Assembly: GCF_041886205.1 (NCBI RefSeq)
Contig: NZ_CP169029.1
Source of the DNA: Escherichia coli
GTDB lineage: Bacteria > Pseudomonadota > Gammaproteobacteria > Enterobacterales > Enterobacteriaceae
Strand: one strand, 5' to 3'
Length of the DNA: 64,000 nucleotides
In this document: in pieces, positions 61,641 through 64,000 of the stretch
Layout: every line of letters begins with the position of its first letter
How positions within the stretch are numbered: the first letter of the stretch is position 1
The notes under the pieces: generated by a model
Database searches by the model: none
Told to the model about the DNA's origin: nothing
Seen by the model: the letters and a program-made list of their open reading frames with translations, nothing else
Translations under genes and position numbers: made by a program

Positions 61641-62993
61641 TTAACGAAACACCACTTCCGCCCAGCGTGCCAGCCCGGCGGTGACGGAGCCAAAGTCATC
61701 GCCGCCTGCAATCGGAATTCCCGGCAACTGTTCTGCCAGCGCTTTTTTAATCAGCGGCGAACGGGCGCTACCGCCGGTCAGGTAGATAACGTCCGGTTTT
61801 TCCTGGGCGTTATCCAGGGCCAGTTGCACCTGTTCCAGAATCCGCGCCAGTGGCTGGCTGAGGGCGCTTTCCAGCCCTTGCTGGCTAATCAGCGTAGCCA
61901 GTTCATCGCTGATAAACGGCAGTGAGGCGCGGGTTTCCGCTACGCTTGAAAGAGCAATTTTGCACTCTTCTGCGCTACGCACCAGGCGATAGCTTAAACG
62001 CTGACGCCAGACTTTCTGTAGCAGGGCCACTTTTTCCGGTTCGCGGGCATCGCGTACCAGATCGTTAAGCAGACGACCGTTGGCACTACTGTAGAAATCA
62101 CTCTGCGCAGGTACGTCGTTGATGGCAACCGCATTCCACCACGGCAGAATCGGCAGGGCGATGCCTTTTTCGGTTTCGCCACCCATGCCCAGTAACGGCA
62201 TCAGGTTTTTAAACGCCAGTGCGATGTCCAGATCGTTACCGCCAATACGGCAACCACTGTGACCCAGCAGGCTGGCTTCACGATCGAGACGCGAACGCCA
62301 CTGCGGCCCCATCAGCAGCAATGAACAGTCAGTCGTACCACCGCCGATATCCACCACCAGCACCCGTTTTTCTTCCTGCAAGGTGGCTTCGTAATCCAGC
62401 CCAGCCGCGACCGGCTCGTACTGGAATACCACGTCCCTGAATCCGGCACGCTTCGCCGCGCGTTCCAGAATCCCTTGCGCCTGGGCGTTTGCTTCATCGC
62501 CGCCCAGCCCCTGGAAGTTGATCGGGCGACCAATCACCGCCTGAGTAATCGCTTCTGGCAGCTGCGCCTGCGCCTGCTGGCGAATGTGCAACATCATTGC
62601 GCAGACCAGATCCTCAAACAGCGCTACCTGCTGCGGTTTTAAGCCGCTGGCACCGAGGAACGATTTTGGTGATTTCACAAACCACACTTCTTCTGGATCA
62701 TCAATGTACTGTGCCAGTGAGGAAAGACCGAACTGCACGCTTTTCGCCGTAACATCGATATCTTCTTCGCGGTTATAACGAATCGCCCGACGTAACAGCG
62801 CCTGCGTTTCATCGTCGTCTGCCGGAACATCATGATGGCGGTACAGCCATTCACTTACTGCTTCACGCGTTGGCGCGCAAAGCATTGAAGGCAGCAGCGT
62901 GCTGTCGTTTTCCATTTTCAGTAATTGCGGTTTACCGTCACGCATGACCGCCACTGAACAGTTTGCTGTACCGTAATCAAAACCAATAAACAC
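61641..62993 (-). CDS. yegD: Hsp70/actin-fold ATPase YegD (nucleotide-binding domain only)
   Basis: 450 aa with FIGFDYGTANCSVA, VVDIGGGTTDCSL and IYLTGGSARSPLI, the Hsp70 phosphate-1, phosphate-2 and adenosine motifs. Confidence 0.93.
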   Translation of the reverse strand: MFIGFDYGTANCSVAVMRDGKPQLLKMENDSTLLPSMLCAPTREAVSEWLYRHHDVPADDDETQALLRRAIRYNREEDIDVTAKSVQFGLSSLAQYIDDPEEVWFVKSPKSFLGASGLKPQQVALFEDLVCAMMLHIRQQAQAQLPEAITQAVIGRPINFQGLGGDEANAQAQGILERAAKRAGFRDVVFQYEPVAAGLDYEATLQEEKRVLVVDIGGGTTDCSLLLMGPQWRSRLDREASLLGHSGCRIGGNDLDIALAFKNLMPLLGMGGETEKGIALPILPWWNAVAINDVPAQSDFYSSANGRLLNDLVRDAREPEKVALLQKVWRQRLSYRLVRSAEECKIALSSVAETRASLPFISDELATLISQQGLESALSQPLARILEQVQLALDNAQEKPDVIYLTGGSARSPLIKKALAEQLPGIPIAGGDDFGSVTAGLARWAEVVFR

Positions 62994-63066
62994 GAATTAA
63001 TCCCCATGCCGGTGAAGAAGGGGCGTGACTTTAGCGAAATGTTGCCGTCGCGACAACCGGAATATG

Positions 63067-63079
63067 AAAGCAAAGCGTA
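63067..63079 (+). promoter_or_regulatory. Ada-box-like element in the alkA promoter
   Basis: AAAGCAAAGCGTA compared with the recalled Ada consensus AAANNAAAGCGCA (one mismatch). It lies about 50 nt upstream of the alkA ATG. Confidence 0.45.
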
Positions 63080-63126
63080 GCGTCTGAATAACGTTTATGC
63101 TGAAAGCGGATGAATAAGGAGATGCG

Positions 63127-63984
63127 ATGTATACCCTGAACTGGCAGCCGCCGTATGACTGGTCGTGGATGTTGGGATTTCTCGCCGCCCGTGCGGTGAG
63201 TGGTGTGGAAACGGTCGCTGAGGATTATTATGCCCGTAGTCTGGCGGTGGGCGAATATCGCGGCGTGGTGACTGCTATTCCGGATATAGCCCGCCATACT
63301 CTGCACATAAATTTAAGTGCAGGTTTAGAACCCGTTGCCGCTGAGTGTCTGGCGAAAATGAGCCGCCTGTTTGATCTGCAATGTAACCCGCAGATTGTTA
63401 ACGGTGCGTTGGGCAAGTTAGGCGCGGCGCGGCCCGGATTGCGTTTACCCGGCTGTATTGATGCTTTTGAGCAGGGTGTGCGGGCGATTTTAGGCCAACT
63501 GGTGAGCGTGGCGATGGCGGCAAAATTGACTGCCAAAGTTGTACAGCTTTATGGCGAACGGCTGGATGATTTTCCGGAGTATATCTGCTTCCCCACGCCT
63601 CAGCGGCTGGCAGCAGCCGACCCGCAGGCATTAAAAGCGTTAGGCATGCCGTTGAAACGGGCAGAGGCACTGATTCATCTGGCAAATGCGGCGCTGGAGG
63701 GCAGCTTACCAATGACAATTCCGGGCGATGTGGAGCAGGCGATGAAAACGCTGCAAACTTTTCCGGGTATCGGGCGCTGGACGGCGAATTATTTCGCTTT
63801 GCGTGGCTGGCAGGCGAAAGATGTTTTTCTGCCGGATGATTATCTGATTAAACAGCGATTTCCGGGGATGACACCGGCACAAATCCGCCGTTATGCCGAG
63901 CGCTGGAAGCCCTGGCGTTCTTATGCGCTGTTGCATATCTGGTATACGGAAGGCTGGCAACCAGACGGAACGGACGAATTGTAG
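63127..63984 (+). CDS. alkA: 3-methyladenine DNA glycosylase II
   Basis: 285 aa, MYTLNWQPPYDWSWMLGFLAARAV..., with the HhH-GPD motif (FPGIGRWTANYFALRG ... D). The C-terminus (…GWQPDGTDEL) differs slightly from what I recall for K-12. Confidence 0.93.
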   Translation: MYTLNWQPPYDWSWMLGFLAARAVSGVETVAEDYYARSLAVGEYRGVVTAIPDIARHTLHINLSAGLEPVAAECLAKMSRLFDLQCNPQIVNGALGKLGAARPGLRLPGCIDAFEQGVRAILGQLVSVAMAAKLTAKVVQLYGERLDDFPEYICFPTPQRLAAADPQALKALGMPLKRAEALIHLANAALEGSLPMTIPGDVEQAMKTLQTFPGIGRWTANYFALRGWQAKDVFLPDDYLIKQRFPGMTPAQIRRYAERWKPWRSYALLHIWYTEGWQPDGTDEL

Positions 63985-64000
63985 GCCTGATACGTCGCAT

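Overview
The window is an Escherichia coli / Shigella-type chromosomal segment. It is collinear with the K-12 stretch alkA-yegD-yegI...mdtABCD-baeSR...gat operon...thiMD-rcnRAB-yehABCD-metG-molR/yehI-yehLMPQ, but in reverse orientation. That synteny is recalled from memory, not searched. About 50 protein genes are identified by motifs and well-known sequences. Left to right they are: yehP' (partial), yehM, yehL, yehK; three tandem DUF4132 giant-protein genes (yehI, an intact WGR-DUF4132 gene, and a frameshifted WGR-DUF4132 gene); metG, apbC/mrp; the yehE-yehDCBA chaperone-usher fimbrial cluster, whose usher yehB is split by a complete IS1; rcnB, rcnA (frameshifted), rcnR; the TPP riboswitch with thiM-thiD; yegX; yegW/yegVUT; fbaB; gatYZABCD-gatR; yegS, yegR; the sRNA CyaR; yegQ (trhP), yegP; baeR-baeS-mdtDCBA; four tandem Ibs/Sib type I toxin-antitoxin modules; yegL-yegK-yegI (vWA / PP2C / Ser-Thr kinase, a TerY-P-like triad); yegD; alkA. 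No rRNA, tRNA or CRISPR was found. The parts most worth a second look are: (1) the functionally unassigned MoxR-AAA+/vWA operon (yehLMP...) next to an expanded, mosaic, partly decayed array of WGR/DUF4132 genes; (2) the compact yegL-yegK-yegI triad, whose kinase carries transmembrane and helix-hairpin-helix modules; (3) the four-copy ibs/sib array; (4) the yegW/yegVUT nucleoside-like utilisation cluster of unknown substrate. As I recall K-12, this window differs from it by an extra DUF4132 paralogue, IS1 in yehB, an rcnA frameshift, an intact gatR, no P2 remnant at cyaR, four rather than two ibs/sib copies, and no yegJ. All of these comparisons need an alignment to confirm.
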